From positions 1,054,001 to 1,118,000 of the forward strand of contig NW_021825323.1 in the NCBI RefSeq assembly GCF_006345805.1: a DNA stretch of 64,000 nt, read 5' to 3'. Made by a program: the position numbers and the translations under genes. The stretch comes from Octopus sinensis (lineage: Eukaryota). The notes below the pieces were generated by a model, which saw only the letters and a list, made by a program, of their open reading frames with translations, had not been told where the DNA came from and did no database searches. Shown here piece by piece: positions 48,666 to 61,568 of this stretch (positions are counted from its first letter, which is position 1; every line of letters starts with the position of its first letter).

Positions 48666-50080
48666 TTAAAAATCTCTGATTATTTGTGGCGGATATGAGA
48701 GTTGGAGGTTATGAGAGACTTTTTGAAAGAATTTTGATGTTAGTAGAACTTACTGACGATACTACTTTTACAGATTAACACTAAAAGCATTATTTTCGTA
48801 GATTCTCATTGCCCATCACTGATTAAAAGAGTGAGTCTTGAGGCTCTTTGATTTCTTTATCTCCTATTGACGACATAATGCCTCTAATTAATTCTTTATA
48901 GCGTTTCAGATCATCAATATTCTGCTTTGAAAGTAACTTATTAAATGGTTCAAAGACCTTTATGCGGATTTGCAATAGTTGCTCTCCTTAGAGACAACTT
49001 ATGCCGTTTCAAAAAACCCTTTCAATCAACAATCAGATGCCTTTAATGTACAGTGATAGAGCATACTTTTGTAATGTCTTTACTGTTGATTACCCACAAA
49101 AAAATAATATCTTCCGTAGCCTACTCCGTTTTATTAGTAAACTATTGGCAGATTTGGGTGAGAATGACATTGGATTTTTGTTTTATTATGCTATTGAGTG
49201 TTTCTGTGAAGTAAACAAACTAAAAAACAAAAAAGAGTCTTAGGTCATTAATTATCAAGCAAAGCCTACAGAGTTTTGACGCCTTTCTGAGATCACAGGA
49301 GCCAATTCCCACACATCCTCTATTTCTATCACCATTCAATGTATTCCTACTTGTTTTCTTCATCCTTCTAGAATGAGTCGGCAGATTGTAAGTTTTTTCA
49401 ATGTTTCATTGCCAACTGCTGAAATATATTTTGCTGATAAAGCAAAGTCAGCTCAACGCCTAATTTTTCAAATATTTACTCCTCGGTTAAGTTCGCTGTC
49501 AAATTTTGAATTTTATAAAATCAGAGACTTTAAATGAGTCGAGAAATGTCTTTCTTGATATTGTTTTTACCTTGAAAGTAGAGACTTTAATGGATAAGGT
49601 TTTCCTCTCTTTGAACAAACCGCTTTGTTGTCTTTAATACAACCTTGTTCAGGTTTATGAGTTTTATTGACATTTTAGAAAAAAGTGGCTGGAAAAACAT
49701 TTCCTTTCTTGGAGAACATACCCGTAGTCAATATTAAGTCACCAGATTGATTGTTTTGGGGTATTTGACCATCCCTTCTTTCTTTCATGGATTGGCAGGG
49801 TATGCAAGTCAGAACAATGATTAAATACATTGAAAGAAGTTGACTCTAACGAATTTGAGATCCCTGCATCTTTTTCAGTCAACGAGGCCGTAAAAGATCT
49901 TAATTTATTCGATAAATGGCAATACAGCAATCTTTCATTGAAAGAAAAATGACTTTGAGTCGTCCTATTAGCAAATATGCCCAGATAAGTTGTATATTTT
50001 AAAGTATTTACCCGAGAAAGTTCATGTGTATTTGATGTTTGCTTAAAGATCTTGTATTTATCGTAAAATGTTCTCTTCAA
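48666..50080 (-). CDS. Hypothetical multi-exon gene or pseudogene, unrecognised
   Basis: A 113-codon open stretch plus further short coding-like segments separated by plausible GT-AG micro-introns. I could not reconstruct one consistent frame. Confidence 0.3.
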
Positions 50081-50699
50081 GTATTTTGAAAAACTCAGAG
50101 AGATCTTGAAAGCTCAATTTGAAAAAAATATGATTATAGTTGCTTATCCTTACACTAAAGTGAATGATCGGAAAGGATAACCGTTTTTCCGACTCTGTGG
50201 GGCAATCCATTATTTTTTTAATTTTTTTCTAGTAAAATATTTTTTGATTCGAATATCTTTAGATAAAATTTTCTTTACCAGGTTAAATTTAACATTCCAA
50301 AGTACTAGATTTTTGTGAGTATTATTGCCTACATTAAGAAAATAAAAGTTTATCAATGTCCAAATCGATAATTATGAAATGACCAGTATTCTACAAATAT
50401 TGGATCCGGTAAAATTCATCAATCCTAACCCTAACCCTAACCACGGTACGATATTCACCTTTGCATTATGGATTACCTTCAATTCTTTCGCCAAAAGATC
50501 ATATTTATGTAATTTCTCTACTTCTACATGCTTCAAGGATTGTTGAGAAGTAATCCCAATTTCGATCAGCGTAATGATGTTCCGAACTTTGTCGTAATTA
50601 AAAGAAACAAAAACATTAATTTAAAAAAATGACAAAAAACAAGAACGTTTATTTAAATCTAAAAACTTTAAGAGAGTTGCCAATACACTGGAGTTTAAA

Positions 50700-51400
50700 A
50701 AAACTGCAAAATTTCTACTCGGAACAAAACTAAAAATACAAAACAGACATAACCATAAGAGTCGGGAGGGACCAATGAAGCAAGTATTCCAGCCTCCTAA
50801 ATCCCAAATCACCCTTTTCACTACTGATAGAAGATTCAAGGATGGACTGGAACTATTCATTGGAGACAAGCCTATTCCCTCTTCGCGTACCCAGAAGATC
50901 CTTGGCGTAGTTTTCGACTCCTTAATGACATTCTCAAGTCACGTGGAGGAGGCTCTAGCTAAAGGTCTTCGGAAGTGGAACTTCTTGAAAGCTCTGTTAA
51001 AGAAGAGTCCCTTCCCCCTGAAAGATTGTGTCAGCAAGGTCTACCAACAAGTGATTGGCCCGACGGTTGAGTATGCCTGAACAGCCTGAAGGCTTGCAAT
51101 TGCTTGTTCATAAGCGGAACGTTTGAACTTACTCAGAAGGAAGATTATGCTCCACAGTGACACCTCATTTGGCAGCCTTGCTTCCGAGGAGGAATTAGAT
51201 AAGATAAAATACTATTATTATCAGCACTGCCGAGAACATATAAAAAACAAAAAGTCAACTAAGGTTCCCTTGTGCCGCCCCGACCACCCTTTGCACGAAT
51301 CGCATCCAAAAGCATCTCCGTTTCGCAAGATCTCTTAGTTCATCGAGGCTATTCATTGTTTTAAACTGCCTGCCTATTGCTTTTAGGTCCTCATTTAGCG
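50700..51400 (+). mobile_element. I/Jockey-type non-LTR RT 3' fragment
   Basis: Reads KILGVVFDSLMTFSSHV...VYQQVIGPTVEYA; contains stops. Confidence 0.7.
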
Positions 51401-51439
51401 TGATAGGTAAGGTTGTTCTAAGCCTTTCTTCGAATGATT

Positions 51440-53090
51440 TTGTTTTTTACATGAAATATTCATCTATTACGCGATTTGTCGGGACATCCAGGTGCATCCT
51501 CAGAATGTGACCAAACAGTCTAGATCTTTTGATTTACATGGATATTGGTTCTGTTTTGCTCAACTTATATAATTGTTCGTTTTGGATCTTCATTTTGTAG
51601 TGAATATTAAGTGCCTTCTGAAGCATACCATCTTTGGAAAATGTTAGGAAGATGTTCGTTTATATATTTAAAAAATTCAAAATCATCAGATACAAAGTCC
51701 AGATCATATGCGTAAATTAACTCATAATATTGTTCTTTGATGAATGATCCCTCAGTGCAGCCTCAAGGTAAATAATAAATAGAATAGGAGATAACGAATC
51801 CCCTTGTGGAACTCCCGAGTGGTTTTAAAAAATTTTGGAAGCGGTATTTCCGATTTTGACAACCAGGCGAGTATATTCTATCAGCAAGGAAATCATTCTA
51901 ACATCATCCGTGTCTAGAAATGTATTCAGAATATTAATAAGTAGTCCCCTTTGTACAGAGTCGAATGCACGACTCATGTAGATCCTCAGAACTTCTATGC
52001 TTTTTATGTATTTCTGGCATTTTGTGCCAGATCGTCTGTGCGTCCATACTTGTCGGCGGCTGATCTTTTTTTCCCTGAAACCGCTTTGTCCAGGTGATAA
52101 GAATTTGCTGACTTTCGATTTGATTCGATTTAATACAATAATAGAGAGAGTTTTCCGTAATACCGATAATAGAATTGTTGATCTTAGACCGTTTGCGGGA
52201 CCTCTAGGTTTCCCAGGTTTTGATATTGGAATTAGCCATCCTCTCCCAGTTCCAAGATCGTTTTTATCTTCAAATGCTTTATTGAGTATGATGCTGATTA
52301 TTTCACTCATTCAGTAGGTCCACATTTTATTAACTCTGCAAGTATATTATCAGGACTAGTCGCTTTCCTCTAGTTTAGTTTTCCTATTGCCTTGATAGTT
52401 TCCGCGATAATAACGGGGCAGTTAAGAGAACCCGTTGATGTTATTGGAAATTTGTTTTCAATTTCTTGATTGTTAAGGATGTTATAGTAGTGTGAAGAGA
52501 CTATGTTAGCCTTTTTTATAAAATTCAATATTGATCGTCCATGTTGGTCGTGAATAACAATATTCCCTGGTAGTTTCTTTTTGCTAATAATCTGAATGGC
52601 TTTGAACATTTTGGATTCGTTCTTATATTTATTGATTTCATCGACCCGTTTTTCCAGTTATTTTTTTCACTTGATATTTTTGAATTTTTTTGATTTTTGT
52701 TAAAACTGAGTTACGAACTATCCTTAGCTCTTCTTTCAGACTCGGTATATTTGAATTATTAATTTCAATAATCAAATTCTTTTGTTCTAGTTGTTATATT
52801 TGAATTTGTTTTTGTAAGTATCCTCAAAACCAACGACGCGGTTTCTTCATTGTAGCTCCAACATCATTCCACAAATCTTGTGCATTATTGTTTGTTAATT
52901 CCTTTCTTAGTTTTTTGCAATACTCTTCCATCTTTATTTCATTGCTTATTAGAGTTTCTGTATCCAATCTTTCGAATTCTGTTTTCCATATCTTTCAGTT
53001 TTGTACAAAATTCCCAATGAGAACCGAGTGCTCACCAGTTTGTGATCATTTGATGTTTCAAGCCCATTGTATGATCTTGAGTTTCTAATT
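51440..53090 (-). mobile_element. Degenerate RTE-clade retrotransposon (end of APE, RT, C-terminus) with internal deletion
   Basis: Reads LIPISKPGKPRG...LLSVLRKTLS...QSGFR...YMSRAFDSVQR, and at the 3' end SRLFGHILRM. Confidence 0.8.
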
Positions 53091-53202
53091 AGGTTTTTGT
53101 TCCTTCTTTTACACAAAATATAATCAATTTGATTATATATTTTAATCTATACCATTTTTAAGTCAATTTGTCTATTGAAAAAGAGTTCTTCAAAATAGCT
53201 AA

Positions 53203-53465
53203 TTAAGTGTCAGCAGTGGCTGCACCTCGGATTGCAAGCGAGTTACCTCGCAAGATTGCGATCGATATCCTCTGGTACAGCCAGCCGATTTGGCGGTGGT
53301 CCTTCGTACACTTGTAAATGCACTTCCCAATTTTGGTCAGAAGCGACATTGTTCCAGCAACAAATTTAACCGCTTGGTTGTCTTCCGTAAGAAGACAAAG
53401 CACTGCCGAAACTAAGTGCCCACTAAGAGCAGGACCTACACAACAAAAATGCCCTAATGGAATTC
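53203..53465 (-). mobile_element. CRE-clade RLE 3' fragment
   Basis: Reads WLYQRISIAILRGNSLAI, the typical CRE C-terminus. Confidence 0.7.
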
Positions 53466-53469
53466 TTTT

Positions 53470-53990
53470 GCCGTTGTGTAGGAGCCCTGACAAAACTCGG
53501 TGTAAAAACGGAGATGCTGCAATAGCTGTGAATGCCCGATCTATCGAGATACAGCAAAACTCCATGTCCGTAACCTCACTATCATCGATGACAAGTTATG
53601 TGAATTCCTTCCCCTCGAGGTGAAAACCGATTCCTCCTGGCTAAAAGTCGAAGGTTTATATCTCAAAACCTCCCCTCCTGCACCAGTTTGATCGATGACT
53701 TCTTAAACTGTCTTCTCGTTAGAAACCTAAACTCAAAGCACACGGAGTTTGGCTGTAGAACGACCAACCAGGATGGTCGTACACTGAAGAAAGTCACTGA
53801 CCTCTGAAGTCCTGAACCATCACTTCCCCAACGGCCCGGACAACTTGTGATTAAGTATCTGCACGTAAACTATCGCCAACCTTATGAAAGAGTCTCCAAT
53901 CCTTGAGAGCGACCACTTATCAATGGAGGTCAAAATTCACGCCAGAATTTAAAGACAAGAAGCCTGAAAAGCCAACGAATCGAGCTAGTA
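53470..53990 (+). mobile_element. APE endonuclease fragment of a non-LTR element
   Basis: Reads KNGDAAIAV and LLVRNLNSKHTEFGCRTTNQDG (decayed GDxNxxH motif). Confidence 0.5.
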
Positions 53991-54079
53991 GCTACCATCC
54001 TTATTTTTGAATTTTTTTGATTTTTGTAAAAATTGAGTTACTAACTATCCTTAGCTCTTCTTTCAGACTGGGTATGTGG

Positions 54080-55000
54080 TGTTCACACAGCAATGGAATT
54101 TCCGCTCGGGACGGAGCTGGAGTGACTTTTTCCTGAAAGTGAATTCCTCAATCTCGAGAGCAATAGAATTCAAAGAAATGCTATCTCTCATGTTTAGACA
54201 TCTCGAAGGCTTTCGACAGTGTTTGACACCGAGACCTGCTGGAAAGGATCCAACTCTGTAAACTCTGAAGAGGTCTTCTTTGGCTACAGTGCTTCCTTTT
54301 AAACCGTCACTCTTTTGTTTTCGAATCAGGCTATCGCTTTGGTAATGGGCAGTTTTCCTTTGCTATATGCTGATGACGTCCTCGTCCTAGACACCTCAAA
54401 GGACGCAAAGACTTTAGAAGGAAGGCTTGCTAACTATATTGAGGTGATAAAAGAGTGGTGCGCCAGTAAGCGGCTCTAGCTAGCAATTGATAAATCCGCT
54501 TGCCTGCGAATCAACACGAAAAAGTCACCAGATAAGAGTCCCAGGCCCCTAGCTGAAATTGACCGCCACAACTGCATACGTTACCTGGGGCTTACAATTG
54601 ACGCTAACCCGGGTTGCTGTCTGCATGTCAAGAAAAAGAGAGCGAAAGCCAACGCAGCTTTCCGCCTCTTAAGAAGCATGCATCTAAACCCGAGGACTTT
54701 TCTCTTCGTGTTCCACGCAACCATCCTACGGGACGGAAGCATAGTTCTACTCGAAAGACTTCGAGAAAATTTACAGACAGCAAATAGACGTATTCTCAGA
54801 AGAGTTCGACTGCCTAGAGCAGCCGTCTCGTTGTATCGTACGTCAAAAATTTATGTCACTTTCTCTTTTTTTGCACTTTATTTACTAAGATCCAATTATA
54901 CGCCAGTCTCTAAATATATTCAGAAAATTTCGAAAGAGCCACTTCCTGAGCTCAAAAAGACACCGGTGACTCGCGAGCCTCCGATTGCCGACCCATGATA
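54080..55000 (+). mobile_element. Non-LTR RT fragment (I/R1/Jockey-like)
   Basis: Reads LLYADDVLV...IRYLGLTID...KANAAFRLLRSM; contains stops and frameshifts. Confidence 0.75.
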
Positions 55001-55354
55001 ATAGCATGAATCAAAGAAAAAAACTTAAATTTTGTTATTTTATTAATTTTTACACCTGAAAAATGATCTCTGGTGTAATTCTCTTGTTTAATTAAAATAT
55101 TGATTAACATACTCTATTTCGATGCTAAGCCGTGTATACAGATGCCGATGGGGACTGTTTTATTAAATTTTTTGAACAAAGTTTTTTTATTATTGTGGTT
55201 TCAAAATTTGAATATAACTTTTTGGAATGATCATTTTAAGTTTTTTAATAATTTATTCTTGTATGTTTAAGTTGTGTTTTTTAATTATATTAACTTAATC
55301 GGTTTATTTATTGAACCAGAAAACCAGCGTCATAAACAAAAAAATAACAAAATT

Positions 55355-55545
55355 CAGGTGATCCTAGCCTCCCTCAGCAGTTCTCGCAATTTTTCTTGAT
55401 GTTCCGACATAACCCCGTTGATATTCAGACTCAATATATTGATCCTTCTTTCAAAATCCAGGATTTTCCTCAACATCTCCGGAAACGATAAGCCGCCACC
55501 GGGAACTTGCAGGAAGTGCTGTCCAGGAGGAGTTGTGCTTAATTA
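55355..55545 (-). mobile_element. 5' fragment of an APE-type non-LTR element with a 2A-like motif
   Basis: SRWRLIVSGDVEENPGF*, followed one frame over by RINILSLNINGV...KLRELL (start of an APE domain). Confidence 0.7.
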
Positions 55546-55559
55546 ATCAGTCAAATTTT

Positions 55560-55760
55560 TTAACATTTAAACATGTGAAATCATCAAAAAAAGCTAGCTA
55601 TTATGAACTGGCTCGCAGGATTGAAAGACAACCAATATGCATTAGCATTATTTTTTCATAAACAATAATTTTTTTAATATGAAGATTAGATAGGAAAGAC
55701 AGCCTTTTATAAACTAAATGTTCAAAAGATACAACAACAATGTTATTTAATGACATTATA
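55560..55760 (+). mobile_element. hAT remnant related to 24480-24525
   Basis: Shares an approximately 45-bp segment AGCTAGCTATTATGAACTGGCTCGCAGGATTGAAAGACAA; the rest is decayed. Confidence 0.4.
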
Positions 55761-56577
55761 TAGAACTAGGCCTGTCGAAGCAAACAAATTCCGACGGACA
55801 GACTGAATTATCCATTGAGATTAGAAACCGAATGACAATTTTATTGAAGAAATATCGACTTTGTTTTTTGCTAGTTTAAAACAATTCCACTGATTTTGCG
55901 AATTTGCTGCAAGTTCTATGTTTTTCCCTGCCATTGTGATTCTGAGTAAACAATGAATTAATATGTACAAGCACAAGAACATGGGACTTTGATATTTATT
56001 ACAATTTCAAATAGAAATGTCGGGAAATAAACATATTTTCAAAGATTCGTTACTTCTACTTGGGTTAAATGCATTGAAAGTAAAAATTTATCTGTCAAAA
56101 ATTTATCGGTAGATCTGAAAATTTACATGAAGAATGAATGTAAGGAAAGATTCCTTGAAAGAAATAAACTCAAAAAGGTACTTGTCTCAAATACTTTTGA
56201 GGTATAAAAAATTTAACTTGACTTTAAAAAAAACTCCAAAAACCAAATAAATAAATATTCTGAGAACACAATCATAAAATTCCCGACTGTAAATATAAAA
56301 CAGACAGTTGGAAGATTCCCATGACACTAAGTGACTTGCAGATTATTGTAGAGTATTAAAAATGTCCACTCAAAGCTATTTGAGTTGTTGGAAATTATAT
56401 ATTTAATATTTCAAGATTTTACAAATGACTTAGAAAGGGTTAAATTGCTAATTTGACTATATATTTAGGAATCCTGTGATTAATCTAAAAAATCTATTTT
56501 AATCACAAGCATAGTTTTCAAAATTAAGAAAATTTAATTAATAATCGTTGGTAATAAAGACACTCATAAGATAAATT

Positions 56578-59524
56578 CTAAAATATAGTGTGCTTTTCCG
56601 GAAAGTTCTTGTCATTTTTTGAAGATAATTTACGTCCTTTCGATTGATGGAGGTCAAAAAGCCAATTACAAATGTCCTCATTTTTCTGAGCGACCTCAAC
56701 TCCCGAATCATACTGATACAAAAATTGCTTTGGATGAGGAGTACTACTGCTTCCCCCACTTCTCCCAATACTGAATAGATCATCCTCGTACTTGGAAGGA
56801 AAGATTCTGGTCCTTTCCTGTTTAATAGCCCGAGGGTCAAGATTCCAATTACTTTGAGACTTTTGCTCAAATTTGTCAGCACAAGAACTTCCGTTCTGGG
56901 CTCGTTTCTTCAAAACAGCTCTCAGTTCATCGATGTGGCTGGGAGTTTCGGATGGACGTTGAACTGGTTTGGATATGGACTGAATACTGGTTGTTCTGAC
57001 TGGAGGCATTGGAGGTGGAGTTTTCTTAGCCTGCAAATGTTTCATTTGGTCACATAAATGCTGATTTCTGATAGGTCGGACACCACAGAATTGTATCGGA
57101 GGGTCAATACTTGTCATATTGTCACAAAACTCGTCCGGTGGAGCCAAAATCACGTTATTTTGGGAAATATTATTGGACGAGTAAATTTTTGGTGTTACAT
57201 CAGCCTCTTCACTGTCACTTTCGTCCCCAAATAGTTTACTAATTTTCTCAATATCCTCAATGGTAAAAAACACAGAATACATTTTGTGGAATTGTCCTTA
57301 GGGATGCTCCCGTCGACTGATTACTCACTTTTAGACTGCAAATTGATCGACGCCGCAGCAACAAAGAGTCACGTCTCCCCAAATCTGCATTCTTAACACG
57401 CAATTAACACAACCAGAAATTTTTGGCTCAGGATTTTGACCGGAAACAAAAGTCCCCACTTTAAACGTAATTTCCGAACCACATCGACGAATAATCGACA
57501 CAAGTTCAGTATGGGACAAACAACGTACATCCCTGTTGTCAATCTAGTACTGTCATATTCCAAATACACCTCAAGTATAAAGTCATTCACCGACAGACCC
57601 GACCTTTCAGCAGGGGAGTTCTTCTCCACAGACTCAATAAAGTGGTAGGACGGAATGGAGTCCCCCAACGAGTTTAGATCTTCATGTGTTTTACTTTCTG
57701 AGATTTATCCAGTCTTTACATACTTTTTGGTCCTCGAAGTACAAATCCGAATGATCTCTTGCCCTTCACAATGTAAAGGGTTCGGACAACGAAAGGTCTG
57801 GATAAAAAACCTAAAAAACCTCTTATTTTCCTGAATCGTGTCAGATGTAGCCTGGAGGTTAGCCATACTGCTATTTGTGGGCAAAAGTGACCCAACAACT
57901 TTGCTTTTTTTGTTCTTGATTCGACTAATGAGCGAAGAAAATGCGGAAGTGACTGACAAATTCCTCCCATGGTGAGACAAGTCGTTCTGCGACAGGGAAA
58001 TCCGTGGCTCACAAGGAGCAGATCTCCGTAGTTCATTCCTCACGGGGACTTGTTTGTGGGGGCCTCGAAATATCACAAAACCAAGTACTTATGCTGTTCT
58101 GATCAAATCCCCGAATTAAAGCCACAATTTCACTGTTTCTGCACATCATTGCCACTTCCAGTGCAGTCTTTCCTGTGTTGTTGGGAACCATCGGATTGAT
58201 TCCTCTGGTCAACAGACATTTTGCTGATTCAATCTACAATATATCAACAAATTGAATACTCTATTCAATCTAGCACATATATGGAGACATGTCTCTCCAG
58301 CTTGTGTCCTCAAGTTGTAATCAGCCCCATAAAACAACAGCAAGTCTACAACGTCGGGGGAGTTGCCTATGCAGGCCTAAACTCATCAAAACTGAATTAT
58401 TAAACCAAATGAAGTTCGGATAGCCCATTATCCATACTCACACAACCAACTGGGGAATGGTCGTACAAAAGAAGGCGAATTATATCTATCGAACAGTTCA
58501 AAGACACTGCGTGATAGAGAGCTGTCAAATTATTCCCATCCCTCATCTTGGCTGACGTCCCCAAGTCCATCAAAGACTAACAATAAAGAATTAGACTAAT
58601 ACTCTGACTGCATTCACATTACGACATCGCACTGCCTCATGGAGTGCAGTAAAGGACCCTCCATTGCGATAATCCAAATGAGCCCCTCCTCTGTACAACT
58701 CGGATATCAAACGATCACAGTTGGAGTACCGCACACTTATAGTCAAAGGGGTTTCTACACATCTCTCCGCACAGGTGGTACCCTTACTTTCGACGTCCTG
58801 ACAGTTCGGGTCAAATCCTTTATTCAGGAGTCGAATCACTTGGTCAATGTTCTGTCCTCTAACTAGCCGAATGAACTCGTTTGTGTTGGCCTGGAAAGTC
58901 AATGGTTGGCTTTACTTTGCTTCGCAGTTTCTTGACTTTAACCTCACTTAATCCAGAATTTTTGTATAGTCTCCGTTTTTTAATAAACTAAAAATGTTGA
59001 CTTGAAAATTATTTATATGTTTAATAATTCATTTAATTAATAATTAATTAAAATAAATAAAATCAAAACTTCAATGTGGTCTAGTGGTGTTTCGAATGAA
59101 TAGTGCGATGCAGGCCTCCACTCGTCCAGAAATTTCCCAGAACGGCCATTTCTAGGATTCATAAAGAACCCATAATTTAATGGCTCTCTTAGACACTAAA
59201 AATAATCTAAAAAAGCCAACCAAATCACCACTTTGAAGAATTCGCAGTTTAGCATCCCACAACAAATCGTTGTTCATAATCTCTATAATTTTCTTGATAA
59301 TAATTAGTTTATAATAACTCAAACCTCCTGTTTCCTGTCTGGAATGACAACTCTTAGAATAATTTTCTTAATTGTCTGAGAAGTCTGAGCCAATTTGTTC
59401 TAAAATGTCAAATTTTAATGTATTATTGATAAATTAATTGCGAAAGTAACAAAAATAGCACTCTATTTGACAATGGAATGCTTACGTTCATAAATCCTGA
59501 TGAATAGATTGGGAAATCAGTCAT
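56578..59524 (-). CDS. SHANK: Shank scaffold protein (SPN, ankyrin repeats, PDZ, Pro-rich region)
   Basis: SPN domain RVVIPD...LNYGFF...GRSGKFLDE...FIKKRRLY. Ankyrin repeats KGFDPN...GGAHLDYR...LLFYGAD. PDZ domain SFGFVLRG...IESVE...GLSVNDFILE. PPDEF motif. The C-terminal exon structure is uncertain. Confidence 0.9.
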
Positions 59525-61049
59525 AGGGTTGCAGTTAAGTACTAAAAATAATTATTTCCACAATGATATAAAAATTGATTAAATAATATTTTGAATCGAT
59601 AATAATATATGCACTTGTGTTGGTTATTTAGTGTATTATTTGTCAAATAAAGTAACAATTACAGGTTATATTGAGTTACACGTCACGTTAAACAAAATAA
59701 AAATTTGTATCAGCGGTGATTTGTATTATATATAACAAATATTTAAAATAATTTCTAATTATTTAAAATATTTAATTAGTATATTTATTTTATTAGACTT
59801 GAAATATATTAAAATTGAAAAATGTCTGATTGCTAAGTTATCTTACCACATGTTACTGATAAAGTTACATTACTAGCAAAATAGCAAGATTAAAATGTGA
59901 TACCAACTAAAGAAGGCTATTAAAGAACTAATAACCAAGATAGGGCCAGTAAATCATGTAAAATAGTAAAAAATAACATATTTTTACAACTTAAAAAATT
60001 AACCAAACCATCCGAATTTGAAGAAATAAATGATACGTAAAGCATTTAAATTTTTATAAAACAATCGTAAAAATCGATATTTAATTTGTGCACTTTATAG
60101 TTATGTTCAACAAGAATGAATTGATTGACACAGTTGGAAAGTAAATTAGTCTCCTGTCATACACATTAATGTCATTTAAAGTTTTGAATACATTTCTATA
60201 TCTTATAATGTAATTGAGACTTTTAAACATATTTTAATTACCCCGGTTTTATGGTCGGCTTTATATTTTAATTAATTTTTTAATAATCATCAATTATTTA
60301 TAACCCATATGGTCACTATCTTGTCTTTTTAGATTTAGCTTTTATTGACAATTTTTATTCAGGAAGGAATTGTTTTCAAATTAAGTTTTTTTAGATATTT
60401 TTTGAAAATAAATTAACCCGAACTTTCCGATTTTTATTTTACATTACTATTCCACAATATTAAAGTTACTACAAACAAAAACTGTGATGACCAGAAACTG
60501 AGAATTTATAAAAATAAAAAAATATTTTCAAAATCGTGGCATGGTCTTTGAATAATTTAATTATTTTTTTGAAACTTTCGTTAATATTGTTAATTTCGCT
60601 AAGCTAATTGATGGTTCTATTCAAATCTCTTTACAAATATAGATTTAAAGTGAAATTCTCTTAATTCCTACTAGAATCAATATTTAGTGTATTTATTTAC
60701 TCTCGAATATAATTCTTTATTAAATTTCCCATATTTTAATAAATAGACATTCCCCAAATATAAAAACATCAATTTTTTATTGAATTTGGAAATTTCAACA
60801 ACTTCAATTGCTTAATGCCAGTGTTTAAATTTGCAATTTAAAGCAAGATCAAAATTGCAAAAATGTCGTTAAATATAATCAAAAATTTTATTCCATTATT
60901 ACATAAACTAATACTTTTTTATTTAAAAGAACTTATTGAGACACCAACCTCGAAATTAAAGATGCCTTAAGTTGATTTTCTATTTCATTTATTATGCAAA
61001 ATTTGCCTCATGATTAATGCAATTCTCGCGAAATCATAAAGTTATTTAT

Positions 61050-61230
61050 GATTCTACTTTTGGACGCTACTTACGATACGCCTGTTATTTTTGTTCACCA
61101 TTTTTTGCAAGATCTCTCAGATCGTCCAGATCATCCACCGATTTTAGTTTTCTTCTAATCAACTTAAGTTCATGATCGAGCGTGGTCGGAAATGTTATTC
61201 TTAGTCGGTAATTTGCCTCATGTGTAAATT
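61050..61230 (-). mobile_element. RTE-clade 3' remnant
   Basis: YRLRITFPTTLDHELK...DDLDDLRDLAK parallels RGRPRDCLPGIL...NDLDEIRKRA of the copy at 5521-6094. Confidence 0.5.
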
Positions 61231-61568
61231 TACTGAAAATAAGAAAATAAATTTTAATGAACCAAATAAAAATTTTAATTTGCGGTTACTCATTTACTAG
61301 AATAACAGAGCAGAAAAATAAACTTTCTCGTCATGGAATATGTTACTATTTCTGCTATTGGTCTTTTTAAATGAGAATTGGCGAGTATTTTAGATAATTA
61401 AACCAGAATTCTTCAATTTTAAAATTTTAGCTTTAAATATGTTTCATTTTTAATGGACAAAATCAAAAAACCAATTTCTTCCTTAATAAGCAAATCAAAA
61501 ATCCTAAAGTAAAGCCTTAAAATTAATATAAGTAAAATTTAAATCAAAATAATGCCAAATAAACAAAA

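Noticed and set aside
50424-50442. Interstitial telomeric repeat (CCCTAA) x3
   Set aside because: Too short to imply a fusion or healing site; such runs arise by chance or as TE tails.
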